Shown here: positions 30,066 through 58,977 of the stretch, one piece after another
Layout of the letters: the number at the start of each line of letters is the position of its first letter
Position numbering within the stretch: position 1 is the first letter of the stretch
From: the human T2T-CHM13v2.0 reference genome, Homo sapiens
Assembly (NCBI RefSeq): GCF_009914755.1
Contig: NC_060945.1
DNA: 64,000 nucleotides
Reading direction: 5' to 3' (one strand)
Notes under the pieces: model-generated
Told to the model about the DNA's origin: nothing
Seen by the model: only the letters and a program-made list of their open reading frames with translations
The model's database searches: none
Program-made: the position numbers and the translations under genes

Positions 30066-33000
30066 CCCTGCGATATGTGTAGTGACTTCATACTTCACCC
30101 CCCCCCGGATATTACGGCCAATATCAGAGTGGAGTGTGCACCCCCTGCAATATGGGGAGTGATATCATCCTCTCCCCACTGGATGTTATGGACAATATCA
30201 CAGGAGGTTTACTTTCTCTGGGTTATGGGGAAAAATATCCTCCTGTCCCCGCCTGGATGTTAGACATATTTAGAGGGGGGTGTCCACCCCCTGTGATATG
30301 GGGAGTAGTAATATCCTCTCCTGCCCTGGATGTTATGGACAATATATAGGGAGATGTACAATCCCTTCGATATGGGGAGTAATATCATCCTCTTCCCCCT
30401 AAACGTTACGAACAGTATCACAGGGGGATGTACACCCCCTGCAATATCTGGAGTAGTATCATCCCCTTCTTCCCTAAATGTTACAGAGACTATCACAGGG
30501 GTGTGTACACCTTCTGAAACATGGGAATAATATTCTCTTCCCCTCTGGATGTTATTATGGACAACATTACAGCCGTGTGCACCCTCTATGATATGCAGAG
30601 TAATATCATCCTCTCCCCCCCGGATGTAAGTGACAATACCACAAACGGGTTTACATCCCCCGTGATATGGGGAGTAATATCATCCTCTTTCCCACTGGAT
30701 ATTAACAATATCACTTGGGGTGTGCAACCCCTGTGATATTCTGGATAATATCTTCTAATCCACTGAAAGTTATAAACAATATCACCAGTGTACACTCCCT
30801 GTGATATTGGAAGTAATATCATCCTCTAATCCCCTAAAAATTATGAACAGTATCACAGGGGAGTGTATACTTCCTACTATATTGGGAGTAATATCATCCT
30901 GTCGTCTTCTAAATATTATGAACAATATTACAGGGGATGTAACACTCCCTGCCATATGTGGAGTAATATCATCCTCTCCTTCCCTAAATATTGTGAACAA
31001 TATCACAGGAGGTTGTACACAATCTGCGATATTGTTTGTAGTATCCAGTGGGAAAGAGGATGCTATTACTCCCCATATCACAGGGGTTGTACACCCCCAC
31101 TGTGATATATTCAATAACATCCAGAAGTAATATTACTGACAAAATTGCAGGGGGTGTAAACCCCACCTGTGATAACGTTCCTAATATCCCTGGGAAGAGA
31201 GGATGATATTATTCCCAATATTGCAGGGGGTGTACACCCACCCTATGATATTGTTATTAATACCCAGGAGGGGAGACAATGGTATTACTCACAGTATCAA
31301 AGAGGTTGTACAGCCCCCCTGTGATAGTTTCTAATATCCAGGGGGTGTATACCACCCTTGTGATATTGTTTCTAATATGTAGGGGGAAGGACAATGATAT
31401 TACTGTCCGTATCACAGGGGGTGTACAACAAGCCGCCCGGGATATCATTCCTAATATCCATGGGAAGAAAGAATATTATAATATCACAGAAGTTGTACAC
31501 CCCCTCTGTGATATTGTTCCTAATATCAAAGACAGAAGGGTATGATGTTCTTCCCAAAATCACAGGAAGTGTATACACACCCTGTGCTATTTTTCCTAAT
31601 ATCGAGAGTGAGAGACAATGATACTTCCAATATCGTAAGGAGTGTACACTCTCCCCATGATAGCAGGTGGGGAAATGTTGATATTACTCCAAATGTCACA
31701 GTGGGTGTACACACGTTTTGCGATATTGTTCCTAATAGCAAGTGGGGAGGAGGATTGTATTACTCCCACCATATTACTCCCCACACCCCATTATACTGTT
31801 CTTAATATCCAGATTTGGAGAGGATGATATTACTCCCAAAATCTCAGGAGGTGTAGACCCCTTCTGTGATACTGTTTCTTATATCCAGGGGAAGACTAGA
31901 TGATAGTACTCCCAACAGTGCAGGGTGTTACACGCCACCCCCCATGATATTGTCTCTAATATCAAGTTGGGGAGAGGATGATATTGCTCCAAAGGTGCAC
32001 ACCAGCACTGTGATATTATTCCTAGTATCCAGAGAAGGAGAGAATGGTATTATTTTTAATATCACAGAGGGTGCACACCCCCCTTGTGATACTGCTCCTA
32101 ACATCCAAGGGGTAGAGGATGAAATTACTCCCAATATCACAGTGGGTATAAACCCCCCGTGGTATTGTTCCTAATATCCAGGGGGTATAGGATGATAGTA
32201 CTATAAATATCGCAAGGGGTGTACACCCTTCTGATATTGTTACTAATATCCGTGGGGGGAGTCGATGATATTACTTCCAATATCACAGGGCATGTACACC
32301 CCCCTTGTGATATTGTTCCTAATATCCTGGGAGGAGACTACGATATTACTGGCAATATCGCAGGGTGTGTGCATTCCCGTGATATTGTTCCTAATGTCCA
32401 GCAATGGAGAAAATATTACTCCCAATATGGTGGGGGTGTACACTTCCCATGCGATATCATTCCTAATATCCATGGGGGAAAAGGATGATATTACTCTAAA
32501 TGTCGCAGGAGGTGTAAACCGCCCCTGTGATATTGTTCTCAATATCCATGGGGGGAGAGAATGATATTACTCCCAATATCACAGGTGGTGTACACCCCTC
32601 CTGTTATATTATTCCTAATATCCAGGTTGGGAGAGAATAATATTACAGGTAAAATAGCAGGGGGTGTACACTCCGCCTGTGATATTGTTCCTAATATCTC
32701 GGGGAAGAGTGGACAATATTACTCTCAATATCGCAGGATGTGTACACCCCCTTTGTGATATTGTTCCTAATATCCATAGGGGGAGAGGGTGATACCACTC
32801 CCAATAGTGCAGAAAAGGTACAGCCCCGCTGTGATATCATTCCTAATATCCAGAGGGGACAGGATGATATTACTCCCAATATCAGAGAGGGCATACACCC
32901 CCTCCCCATGATATTGTTCATAATACCCAGGGGGTAGAGGATGATATTACTCCCAATATCACAGTGGGTGTACAACCACCCTGTGATATTGTTCCTTATA

Positions 33001-33828
33001 TTCGGGGGAGAGACAATGATATAGCTGTCCATATTGCAGGTGGTGTACAACCCCCTGGGAATTTGTTCCTAATATTCAGTGGGGAAGATGATATTAATTA
33101 AAATGTCACGGGGGTTATACAACCCCTTTGTGATATTATTCCTAATATCCAGGGAAAGAAAGAATATTATTCCCAATATTGCAGGGGATGTACACCCCTC
33201 TCTGATACTCTTTCTAATATCCCTGGGGGGAGTCTATAATATTACTGGCAATATCATAAGGAGTGTATACCCCCCGTTATATTGTTCCTTATGTCCAGCA
33301 AGGGAGAAAATATTAATCCCAATATGGAACAGGGTGTAGACACCCATGAGTTATTGTTCCTAATATCCAGGGAGGGAAAGGATGATATTACTCCCAATGT
33401 TGCAGTGGTGTATAACCCCCCGTGATATTGTTCCTAATATCTAGGTGGGGAAAGTACAGTATTACTCCCAATATAGCAGGGGTTGTACACCACCTTTGTG
33501 ATATTGTTCTACATATCCATGGGGAAAGAAAATGATAGTACTCCCCAATATCACAGGTGGTGTACAACCCCTTGTGATACTGTTTCTAATATCCATGTTG
33601 GGGGAGGATATTACTCCCAATATTGCACGTGTTGCACAGACCCCCTTTGATATTGCTTGTACTATGCAGGGTGTGGGGGGAGAGGATGATATTGGGAGTA
33701 ATATCACCCTCTCTCCCCGGATATTAAAAGCAACATTCAGGGTGGTCGACACTTCCTGCAATATTGAGTATAATATCCTCTCCCAACCTGGATATTAGGA
33801 ACAATATCACAGGGGCATGTACACTCCC
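30066..33828. repeat. SATR1/SATR2-type satellite, right part
   Basis: Same unit as 25021-27147; orientation flips near 31015 and 33695. Confidence 0.88.
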
Positions 33829-35860
33829 TTCCTTTCACCATATACAAAAATCAACTCAAGATGGATGAAGGACTTATGTAAGACCCAAAACTATATAAAC
33901 CCTAGAAGAAAACTTAGGAAATATCATTCTGGACATAGGCGCAGGCAAATATTTCATGATGAAGATTCCAAAAGCAATTGCAACAAGAAGAATTGACGAG
34001 TGGGACCTAATGAAACTAAAGAGCTTCAGCACAGCAAAAGAAACTATCAACAGAGAACACCCTACAGAACAGAAGAAAATATTTTCAAATTACATATCTG
34101 AAAAAGGTCTAATACTTAGCATGTATAAAGAATCAATAAGCAAAAAACAAACCCACTACAAATAGGCAAAGAACATGAACCCCCACATTCACCATCCTCA
34201 AGTCCATGTGCAACTTCTTTCTGGATGCTGGACAAGGACTTGGGTACCAAGAGGGCACTGAACGGGTTAACACTTAAGCCGTCTGTGGATTCTTTTTTCA
34301 AAAGACAACGTATGTATGGCAAACAACCATATGAAAAAATACTCAACATCACTAATCATCAGAAAATCAGAACCATGAGATACCATATCACACCGGTCAG
34401 AATGGCTATTATTAAAAAATCAAAACATAACAGACGGTGCCAAGTTTGTGGAAAAAAGGGAATGCTTATACACTGCTGGTGGTGATATAGAAAGGAGACA
34501 GGGAACTACTGGGTAGAAGAGAGTGGTTCCCTGGCAAAGCCCTGCCCACAAGCCTGGAAACCCATGGCCCTAAATGGGAACAGGCATTCCTGCTTTTGCA
34601 CCCAAAAGTTGTCTTTCAGCTCACCATGCACCCCCTGTCCTGTACCCATATATGCCCCAGACCCCAGGCTCCAGAAGCAGACAAGCAGATGAGGAGATGA
34701 ACAGAAGAGGAGAATTGCAGAATGATGTGGCAGAAAGAAGAGAAGGAGCATCTGAATGCCAAGACGAGTTTGGCTGGCAGTGGTTGGAGAGATCAGCCTC
34801 TGGATGGCAAAGCTCCCGGGGAAGATCATCTTCCCATTCCATCCCCTTTCCAGCTTCCCATCCATCCCATTGAGTGCCACCTCCACCACTCAATAAAACC
34901 CCCACATTCACCATCCTCAAGTCTGTGTGCAACTTAATTCTTTCTGGATGCTGGACAAGGAACTGGGTACCAAGAGGGCACTGAACAGGTTAACACTTAA
35001 GCCATCTGTGGATGGCAAAGCTAAAAGAGTGCACTGTAACACATGCCCACTTGGGCTGTGGGAGTCGCAGGAACCCACCCCTAGACAGTACCATGGCCAC
35101 TTGCCCTGCCTATTGCACCTGCCTGTCTGCATGCCTCCCTGCCCAGTAAGGGGTTTGACAGCACACACGGTGGCCAGACAAGCCACACCCCTGTTGCACA
35201 TCCTGCCAAGGGGAGTCAGGGAAGTCTCCAGTTTCATCAGGAATGTAAATTTGTTCAGCCATTGTGGAAAGCAGTTTGGAGATTTCTGAAATAACTTAAA
35301 ACAGAACTACCATTCAACCCAGCAATCCCATTATTGGGTATATACCCAAAGGAATATAAATCATTCTGTCATAGACATATGTACGCAAATTTTCATTATA
35401 ACACTATTCACAATAGCAAAGACACGGAATCAACTTAGATGCCTGTTAACAGAAGACTGGATTAAAAAAATGCAGCGTACATACACCATGGAATACTACA
35501 CACCTATAAAATAGGATGAAATAATGTCTTTTGCAGCAACATGATTGGAGCTGGATACCATTATTCTAAGTGAATTAATGCAGGAACAGAAAACCACACA
35601 AACACTGCATGTTCTCACTTATAAGTGGGGGCTAAACATTGAGTCCACATGGACACAGAGAAGGGAACAATAGACACAAGGTCTACTGTGGGTGGAGAGT
35701 TGGGGGAGAGTGAGGATCAAAAAACTCCCTATTAGATACTACGTTCACTACCTGGATGACTACGTAATCTGTACACCAATCCCATTGACACACATTTTAC
35801 CCATATAATAAACCTGCACATGTACCCGCTGAACCTAAAATAAATGTTGGAAGGAAATAA
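33829..35860 (+). mobile_element. L1PB-type 3' fragment interrupted by a MER50 LTR
   Basis: ORF2 remnants ([29 protein letters not shown]) and L1PB-like 3'UTR. Confidence 0.88.
34483..35236 (+). mobile_element. Solo ERV1 LTR (MER50-like)
   Basis: TGATA...TTTCA termini, internal AATAAA (~34892), gggtagaagag.gtggttccctggcaaag motif. Confidence 0.82.
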
Positions 35861-37369
35861 AGTTACAACCAACTCTTGTACTATTGTGAGGAAACAATCA
35901 TATGTGTTGACAAAAAATCAGCTACTAATAGATTTATAATAGTATATATGTAGCAGAAAAATATCAGATATAACTTATATACCCAAAAGTATGATTTAAA
36001 AACAGCATGACAATCTTTATGATGGGATATTGTGCAACTACTAGAAGCACATTTTCAGAGATTATTTATTAACATATGATAATGACTACATTGAGTGGTT
36101 TTTAGAAGCATGAATTGAAACCATGTATAAGCATGACTTTATTGAACTTATATATAACATTACACACACGTTTACATAATTATAAAATAAGTATGCTCAT
36201 GTTCATAATATGTATTTATTTATATTCATATGTAAGGCCAATAGGAAGTAATCTCTGTATCTGAGTTATTATTTCATAAATAATTTATGCTTGTTCTGTG
36301 AAAATAAAAACACTGCTATGGATCTTCCAAGTATCCTGAAAGGATACCGTTTATAATTAAACAATAACAATTTTAGAAATAATTATTTTAAATAAGGCTA
36401 TGATAAATCTGGTTTCATTGCACACTTTAACTTTGGAACATTTCATGAAGCGTCCCTTGATCACGACTCTCATATTCAGGAGTTTTTTGAGATCAAAATG
36501 GGACAATCAGTATGAATCTATTTTTTAGACATGCAAATGGATAACTTTAAATAGCAGTAGCGATATAATCAGAGTGCACAGTTGCTCTGGGACAAAACTT
36601 GGAAATGAGCAAATTTTTAGATTCTTAATGTTTTACACACTTTAGCATTCCACAGCACCATTACATACTCATTTTTCTACTAGAATACCTTGGTAAAAAT
36701 TCACAGTAGAGATCAGGCTTGTCCTTCATACATTAACTAATCAAGTAGGAAAGTGCAAATGAGAACATAGTGCCAAACATAGGCACCACATGGAAACAAG
36801 CATGGAACTGCCAGGAAGCCATTTTTGTAGCTTTGTAGCCCAATTATATTTTTCCTAATGTATTGCACACAAAACTTGGGGGAAAAAAAAGAGGCAGAGA
36901 GAAAACAGGTTATATCAGTCCTATCTCACAATCCACAAGTTCATCCTGTTAGAGGAGTAACTATGTAAAACAAATTTTATCTGTTGAATGTCCTATTTAG
37001 TTAATCGCAAAACTGTACGAGAACACACTTGTGACTTATTTAGCAGCTTGTTTGTTCGCTTTCCACTGGCTTCACAAATGTCCTTTGGAAATAGAATGTA
37101 CATTTGGAACCTTGTACACCTTTTCTTTCTCCAGTACCCTCTTGTCACTTCCATCACTAAGGTGACAGAAGCAACTAGGGGCAATGCATTTGTAGCACAC
37201 CTGGGTCAGAGGTATCCTCCAGGGGAAGGATCAGACCTGCTTGAAAGCATGTCGTTGGAATTGGGAGGCTTTTAGTAGCTATAACATAAGCACTGATGTT
37301 TACTGTTCCCTGCCCTCCACTTTGATCACTCTGGGAAACGTTTTTTTTTCTTAAAAAATCAATTGTATT

Positions 37370-40380
<3,011 letters not shown>

Positions 40381-41271
40381 CTAGATAAAGACTATATAGG
40401 CCCATTTATTTGCAAGTCAGCACATAAACATAGAAGAATTATTAACAATATAAGCTGTAGCTTATGCTAAATGTTGGTAGGAACAGACAATAAGTTATGG
40501 AGAACTTCAGAGGACACTAAGGTTGGATGGGATTTTGGAAGTTGTACAGGTCAATGCCACTCCATCTATTGGCTGAGTTTCACTAGGTTAATACATGAAC
40601 AACAACAAAAATAACCTAGATCAGAAGTTAAAGATCATTTTATTGACTATCTGCCGTGTCTGTGCCATTGCAGTGTACTAGGTGCACTTACGAGTCCTCT
40701 ACTTACAAACTGCTTTTCACAAAATATGAAACTCCAGGCAAAGGTTCAGACATACGACGTTTGTTTTTAAAATCTTTCTACAGCCTTGTATCCTTTTTCC
40801 TTTCCTTCCTTTTACCCTTTTTAAAATGTGTTATGAGTTTTATCTTAGACTAACATCATCTGAAATGTTGCTATACGCCAGTATTCAGTTGCTGTGTTTG
40901 ATGAATCATAAAATGGTGTAAAACTTCAATTAGTGTACTTTTTAAATAAAGTATCTATGAATGCATCCAGCAAAATGTTTATGATTTGAGTATTCAGAAA
41001 ATATTACTTTTCTCTGGATCTAACAATAATGTGAAAACCCAAAATGAATATAAAATGTTAGCTAATAATAGATTTCAAAGTATTCTACAAGTACGAAAAA
41101 TATATGATATTGTTACTTTCATATATGTAAAACACTAATAATTTTTGTCAACATAAACATCATCTTTACACCTAAACTTGTATTAATTCAATTAAGATTT
41201 AATATAGTATCCTAAAGTCATCAAATATTCAAAAATAGGTTGTATTCTGACTTGAAATATACATAAAATTA

Positions 41272-51003
<9,732 letters not shown>

Positions 51004-51163
51004 CACATTTGGTTAGAAGTGTTTGAACATAACTACTATTCCAGAAAAAGATCTACTCATTAGAACTACAAATCATAAAATTATAAGTTCTACAAAAAAA
51101 AAATCAACCTTATCTACCACCCAGTTCTACCAAATTATATCATGTTAGAACAGAAGGTCTCAC

Positions 51164-51300
51164 CGTGGACTCGAGAGCTGATATGAGAAATGTCACCACC
51201 ATCCTGCTCTCCACGGAATCATCTTCAACAGACTCCTCATCTTCCATGGACTCCTCATCTTCCATGGGCAGGGTGGAAACTGCAAATTGTGCCATGATCC
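51164..51300 (-). pseudogene. GTF2IP: GTF2I/GTF2IRD2 first-coding-exon copy 2 (GTF2IP-type)
   Basis: CACAG|GGATCATG gives MAQFAVSTLPMEDEESMEDEESVEDDSVESRMVVTFLISALEST then GTGAGA. Confidence 0.93.
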
Positions 51301-51539
51301 CTGTGCAAAAAAGTATTAAGAAATTGAATGCTAGAAATGCAGTGTCCTAAACTCACATCCAGAGCTGTGAGAGTTTCTCACCGGCTGCCAAATTGTTTTT
51401 TGGGTCAGAGAAAAAAATAAAACTTGGTAACCTGGTACTCGACTTGCACCAAACTCTCATCAGATAGAGAATCTATCTGCTAACTTTCTATCTAGTATTA
51501 TTTCCATGAAGTTACATCAATATCACTCTCAAAATAAAT

Positions 51540-53956
51540 CCAGGTGGAAGACTAAATCCAAAGCTAGCAGAAGGAAAGAAATAATAAAGAGCATAATTAG
51601 AGCATAAATCAATAAAACAGAAGGTTGGAGAGCAGTAGAATGAAAAAATGTAGATTCTTTGAAAGATCAAGCCTTTCACTATATTGACTGAGCAAAAGAT
51701 GGAAGACTAATTATTAAAATGATAAATGAAAGCAGAGCCATTACTACCAACTTTACAGAAATACAAAAGGATTACAGGAGTATACTGTGAACAACTGTCT
51801 AGCAACAAATTAGGTGCCCTGGATGAAATGGATGAATCGCTAGAAAGACACAAACTACCAAAGTGGCTCAAGAAGAAAGAGAAAATCTGAATAGACCTAT
51901 AACCTAGGAGATTGAATTAGTAATCGAAAGCGATTAACAAAGAAACATTTATGACCAAATAGCTGCATTAACTGGTGAGTCAACCTAACATTTAAAGAAG
52001 AATTAATACCATTTCTTCTCAAACTCTTCTGACAAAATATATGAAGAAGGAATACTTGCTAATTCATTTTTTGATAACAGCATTATCCTTATACCAAAGA
52101 CAAAGAGAGCACAAAAGAGAGAAATACAGCACTATATCCCTTATGAATATATAAGCAAAAATCTCAGCAAAATACTAGCAATACTAGCAAAATACTAGCA
52201 GCAGCAATACTGTATAATCAAAGGATTGTAAACTATCACCCTTTGAGATTTATCCCCAAAATGCAAGGGTGGTTCAACATATAAAAAATCAATCAGTGTA
52301 ATATGCTGTAACAGTAAAATGAATAAGCACGTGATTATTTCAATTGCTGCAGAGAAAACATTGATGAAATACAACACCCTTCTATAATAAAAATACTCAA
52401 TAAACTAGGCATAGAAGGGATCTTCTGCAACATGACAATGGGATGTACAAAAACCCAACAGTTAATATCATGATCAATGATGAAACACTGAAAGCTGTTT
52501 TCCTAACATCTAGAAGAAAAGGATGGTGCATTTGCCACTTGTATTCAACGTAGCACTGGCAGTTCTAGCCAGAGCAATTAGGCAAGACAAAGAAATAAAA
52601 GGCATCTAAATTAGAAATAAAAAATAGGTGTAAAATTATATCTACACATGATCTTATGGGTATAAAGCTCCAAACAAAACACAAAACCGATTATAACTAA
52701 TAAAAGAGGCAGGATGCAAACAAACATAGGCAAATGAGCTATATTTCTATATAGTTGTAAAGAACTATGAAAACATTTTAAAAATTCCATTTATAATGAC
52801 ATCAAATAATACGTTATTCAGGCATAAATCTAACCATGGTGGTATACATAAAACATTGCTGCAAAAAACTAAAGAGAGTGGAAATAAGTGGAAAGACATT
52901 CTGTGTTCACGGGTTGTAAGACAATATTGTTAAGATGACAATACCATCTAAAGTAATCTACAGATTCAATGCAATACCATCAAAATCCCAAAGGCATTTT
53001 TGCAGAAACAAAGAAACTCATTCTAAAATCATACAAAAATTCAAAGGATCTGACAGACAAAACAGTCTTGAAAAAGAACATTGGAAAACTCACATTTTTC
53101 AGTTTCACAGCCTACTACAAATCTACAGTAATCAAGAGAGTGTGGTACTGGAATAAGACCAATAGACTTTCAGACCAATACAATAGAACAGATTTGAGAT
53201 CCTACAAGTTAGTCCTCACATATATGGTCAATGACTGTTCAACAAGGTGGCCAAGTCTAGTCAAGGGAGGAAAGAACAGTCTCTTCAACAACTGGATGTC
53301 AGTGCACAAGAGAGAAGTTAGACCCCTACTTTGCAGTATATACAAAAATTAATTCTAAATTAATAAAATACTTAAATGTAAGGACTAAAAATATGTAACT
53401 CTTAGAAGAAAACACACGGTAAACCTTTATGACCTTTGAGTTTTAAGTGTATTTTGAAATATGACAGAAAAGCACAGATAACAAAAGAAAATACACGAAA
53501 ATTAGATTTAATCAAAATAAAAAACCCTTTATGTATCAAAGGATACTATCAAGGAAGTGAAAAGACAACCCATAATATGTGAGAAAATATGTATCTGATA
53601 AAATCAAAATGTGTATCTGATAAAAGCTTAATATTCCACAACTCAACAACAGAATTTCTAAGATCCCAATTAAAAAATAGGCAAAGGACTTGAACAGACA
53701 TTTCTCCAAAGAAGATACACAAATGTCTAAGAAGGAAAAGAAAAGATGCTAAACACCATTATTCATTAATAAAATGCAAGGCAAAACCCAAATGAGATGC
53801 CACTTTGCATCCACTAGTAAGGCTTTCATAACAACGACACAGAAAATCAATGTTGCTAAGGAGGTGGAGAAACTGGAGCCCTCATGAACTGGCTGCTAGG
53901 AATAGAAAATGATGCACTTGCTGTGGAAAACAGTTTGGTGGTTCCTCAAAGAATCA
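51540..53956 (+). mobile_element. Old L1M ORF2 fragment
   Basis: Degenerate ORF2 peptides (KVIYRFNAIP, YYKSTVIKRVWYW). Confidence 0.85.
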
Positions 53957-53961
53957 CACAG

Positions 53962-55080
53962 AGAAACAGGCGCCGCTGGCTTGCGGGTTCTCCTGGGCTG
54001 GCGCGGGACGTCCCGGAATCACAGGCGCGCACTCCTTCCCGCCTGAGGGTCCGCCTGGCCGTGACTCCCGCCCCTCTCCTCCTCCGAAGAGAGATCGGGG
54101 CCGCCCCAGGGGCCGTCTGCAGCCACCGGGGATGGGGCTGAGGGTCGGTTCCTGCCCCGGTGCAGCCGCCCCTGGGCAGACCGCCTGGCTTGGTCGCAGC
54201 CATGGCGACATCTAGCTCCGGTTCTGCGAGGCTGGGCGCGCCAGCCAGCTTGGGAGTCGCCCGGCGCCTGTAGCTGGGCTCCCAGGTGGTGAAGCATGCC
54301 CTGGGCGGCCTCTGGATCGCGGGTGCCCCTGGCCTGAGAGCCTGCCAGACCCTGCCCTGGCCCGGCTCCTCCTCTGTCAGAGCTCCAGATCTCTATCCAG
54401 GGGCCCTCTGCAGCCACCGGGGATGGGGCTGAGGGTCGGTTCCCGCCCCTGTGCAGCTGCTGCAGTACAGACCGCCTGGCTTGGCCACAGCCACAGGGAC
54501 ATTTGGCCCTGCTTCCAAGATGTGGGGAGTGTGGGCGGGCTCGGGAGTTGCCTGGAGGCTGCTGCCTGCACGCAGAAGGCGGCTGCAGCTCGGGTGCCCA
54601 GGCAGGCTGGAGGTGCATGGCCTGGTCGGCCTTGGGATCGCCAGCGCGCCAAGCCTGAGGGCCCCCAGGCCATGCCTCCCGACCACTCCTCCACCTGAGG
54701 GAGATCGGAGCCGTTTATATGGGCACTCGGCAGTCACCTCGTGTGGGGTTGAGCGGTGGGTTCTCAGTTCTCGCTCTTGTGCAGCTGCTGCCGCAGGGCA
54801 GAATGCCTGGCTTGGCTGCAGCCACTGGGACACGTGGCCCTGCTTCTGTGATGCTAGGAGCGCGAGCGGGCTCGGGGGTTGCCAGGCAGATGCTGCCTGC
54901 ACACAGGGGGCGACGGCAGCTTGGGCGCCCAGATGGCAGAGCATGGTTTGGGTGGCCTCTGGAATGCGTGCGCGCCAGGCCTGAGGGTCACCCTGGTGGG
55001 GCCACATACCCCGGTCTTCCTCTGCTGGAGCCTGGAGCAGCTGGAATGGCCACTATTCCGTCACAGGGGATGGAGTTAAG
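53962..55080. promoter_or_regulatory. GC-rich CpG-island-like segment built of ~3.5 diverged ~290-330 bp units
   Basis: gcagccaccggggatggggctgagggtcggtt at ~54119 and ~54410, degenerate copies at ~54730 and ~55060; CpG-dense; CCCGCCCC GC-boxes. Promoter function is inferred only. Confidence 0.55.
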
Positions 55081-55319
55081 TTTTCTTATCCCACCCATGC
55101 ACCCAAAAGGTGACTATTCTGTGAGGTAATAAACGTGTTAATTGACTTCATTCATGCCACTCTGCATCCACAAGTAAGGCTTTCATAACAATGACAGAGA
55201 AAATAAATGTTGCTAAGGAGGTGGAGAAGTTGGAGCCCTCATGATCTGGCTGCTAGGAATAGAAAATGATGCCCTTGCTGCGGAAAACAATTTGGTTGTT
55301 CCTCACAGAATGAGCATTG

Positions 55320-57868
<2,549 letters not shown>

Positions 57869-58180
57869 CCCCTGAACCTGACCCTGATCCCTAACCCCTG
57901 ACCCTGATCCCTAACCCCTGAACCTGACCACTAACCCCTGACCCTAACCCTAACCCCTAACCCTAACCCTTAACCGTAACCCCTAAGCCTAACCCCTAAC
58001 CACAACCCTCACCCTCACACTAATCCAACCCTAACCCCTTATCCCTAACCCCTAACCTCTCTTAACCTCTAACTCTAAACGTTGTCTCTTAACTCCTAAC
58101 TCTGACCCCAACCCCTATCTCCAACCCCTAACCCTAAACTTAACCCCTAACCCCTAACCCTAACACCAACCTTAACCCTA
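57869..58180 (+). repeat. Interstitial degenerate telomeric repeat (CCCTAA)n with CCCTGA/CCCCTAA variants
   Basis: Directly visible. Confidence 0.96.
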
Positions 58181-58977
58181 GGTTCTTTACTACGTTTGTA
58201 CTATGTCAATGTTGATTATTATGATCTCTGTCTTAGGACTGCATAGCAGCAAGGGGATTGCGGATCTTATATTAATATTTTTGTATTGAGGCAGTGCATT
58301 AGCATTACAGGTGCTTGTTACATGAGCAATGGGGGTGTCATATTTTGGGTGTCATGTCTGCATTAGGAATGCTGCATTTGTCTTCCGAGGCTGCGGTGTG
58401 GATCTCGCACTGCGGCTGCCTTGGCTTGGCTGGGGAGAACCTCGGTTGGCAGGATTCAGAGGGGCTTTTGGTTTCCCTTTTCCACACTGAGCCCTTCTAA
58501 CTGGTCTCTGACCCTGATTATTCAGGGCTGCAAAAGGGAAGGATTTTATTCACCGTCTATGCGGTCCCGAGTTGTCCCAAAGCGAGGCAGTGCCCCAAAG
58601 GTCTGTGCTGAGGAGAACGCTGCTCTGCCTTAGCGGTGTCCCCCGGGTCTGTGCTGAGCAGAACGCAGCTCCGCCCTCGCGGTGCCCCCGGCCCGCCTGG
58701 GTCTGTGCTGAGGAGAACACTGCTCCGCCTTCGCTGTATCTCTGAAGTCTGTGCAGAGGAGAACTCAGCTCCGCCCTGGCGATGCTCTCCTTGTCTGTGC
58801 TGGGAAGAACGCAGCTCCGCCCTCGCAAAGGCGCACAGCGCCGGCGCAGGAGCAGAGAGGCCCACAGCGCTGGCGAAAGGCGCAGAGAGGCCCACAGCGC
58901 CGGGGCAGGCGCAGAGAGGCCCACAGCGCCGGCGCAGGCGCAGAGAGGCCCACAGCGCCGGCGCAGACGCAGAGAGG
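58181..58977 (+). repeat. TAR1 telomere-associated repeat with ~46-54 bp and 29-bp minisatellites
   Basis: gtctgtgctgaggagaacgc units at 58601, 58647, 58701, 58747, 58793; five ~29-bp ggcgcagagaggcccacagcgcc units at 58830-58977; adjacent to CCCTAA repeats. Confidence 0.93.

Noticed and set aside
40697-40860. Exon-like segment with minus-strand GTAAGT donor and an SEPLPG peptide
   Set aside because: In-frame stop upstream, no convincing acceptor, and the ANKRD20A-like hexapeptide match does not extend.
53884-55129. Several 130-200 aa ORFs on both strands
   Set aside because: Expected in GC-rich sequence; no recognisable protein. A faint resemblance to SOWAHC was too short to support.
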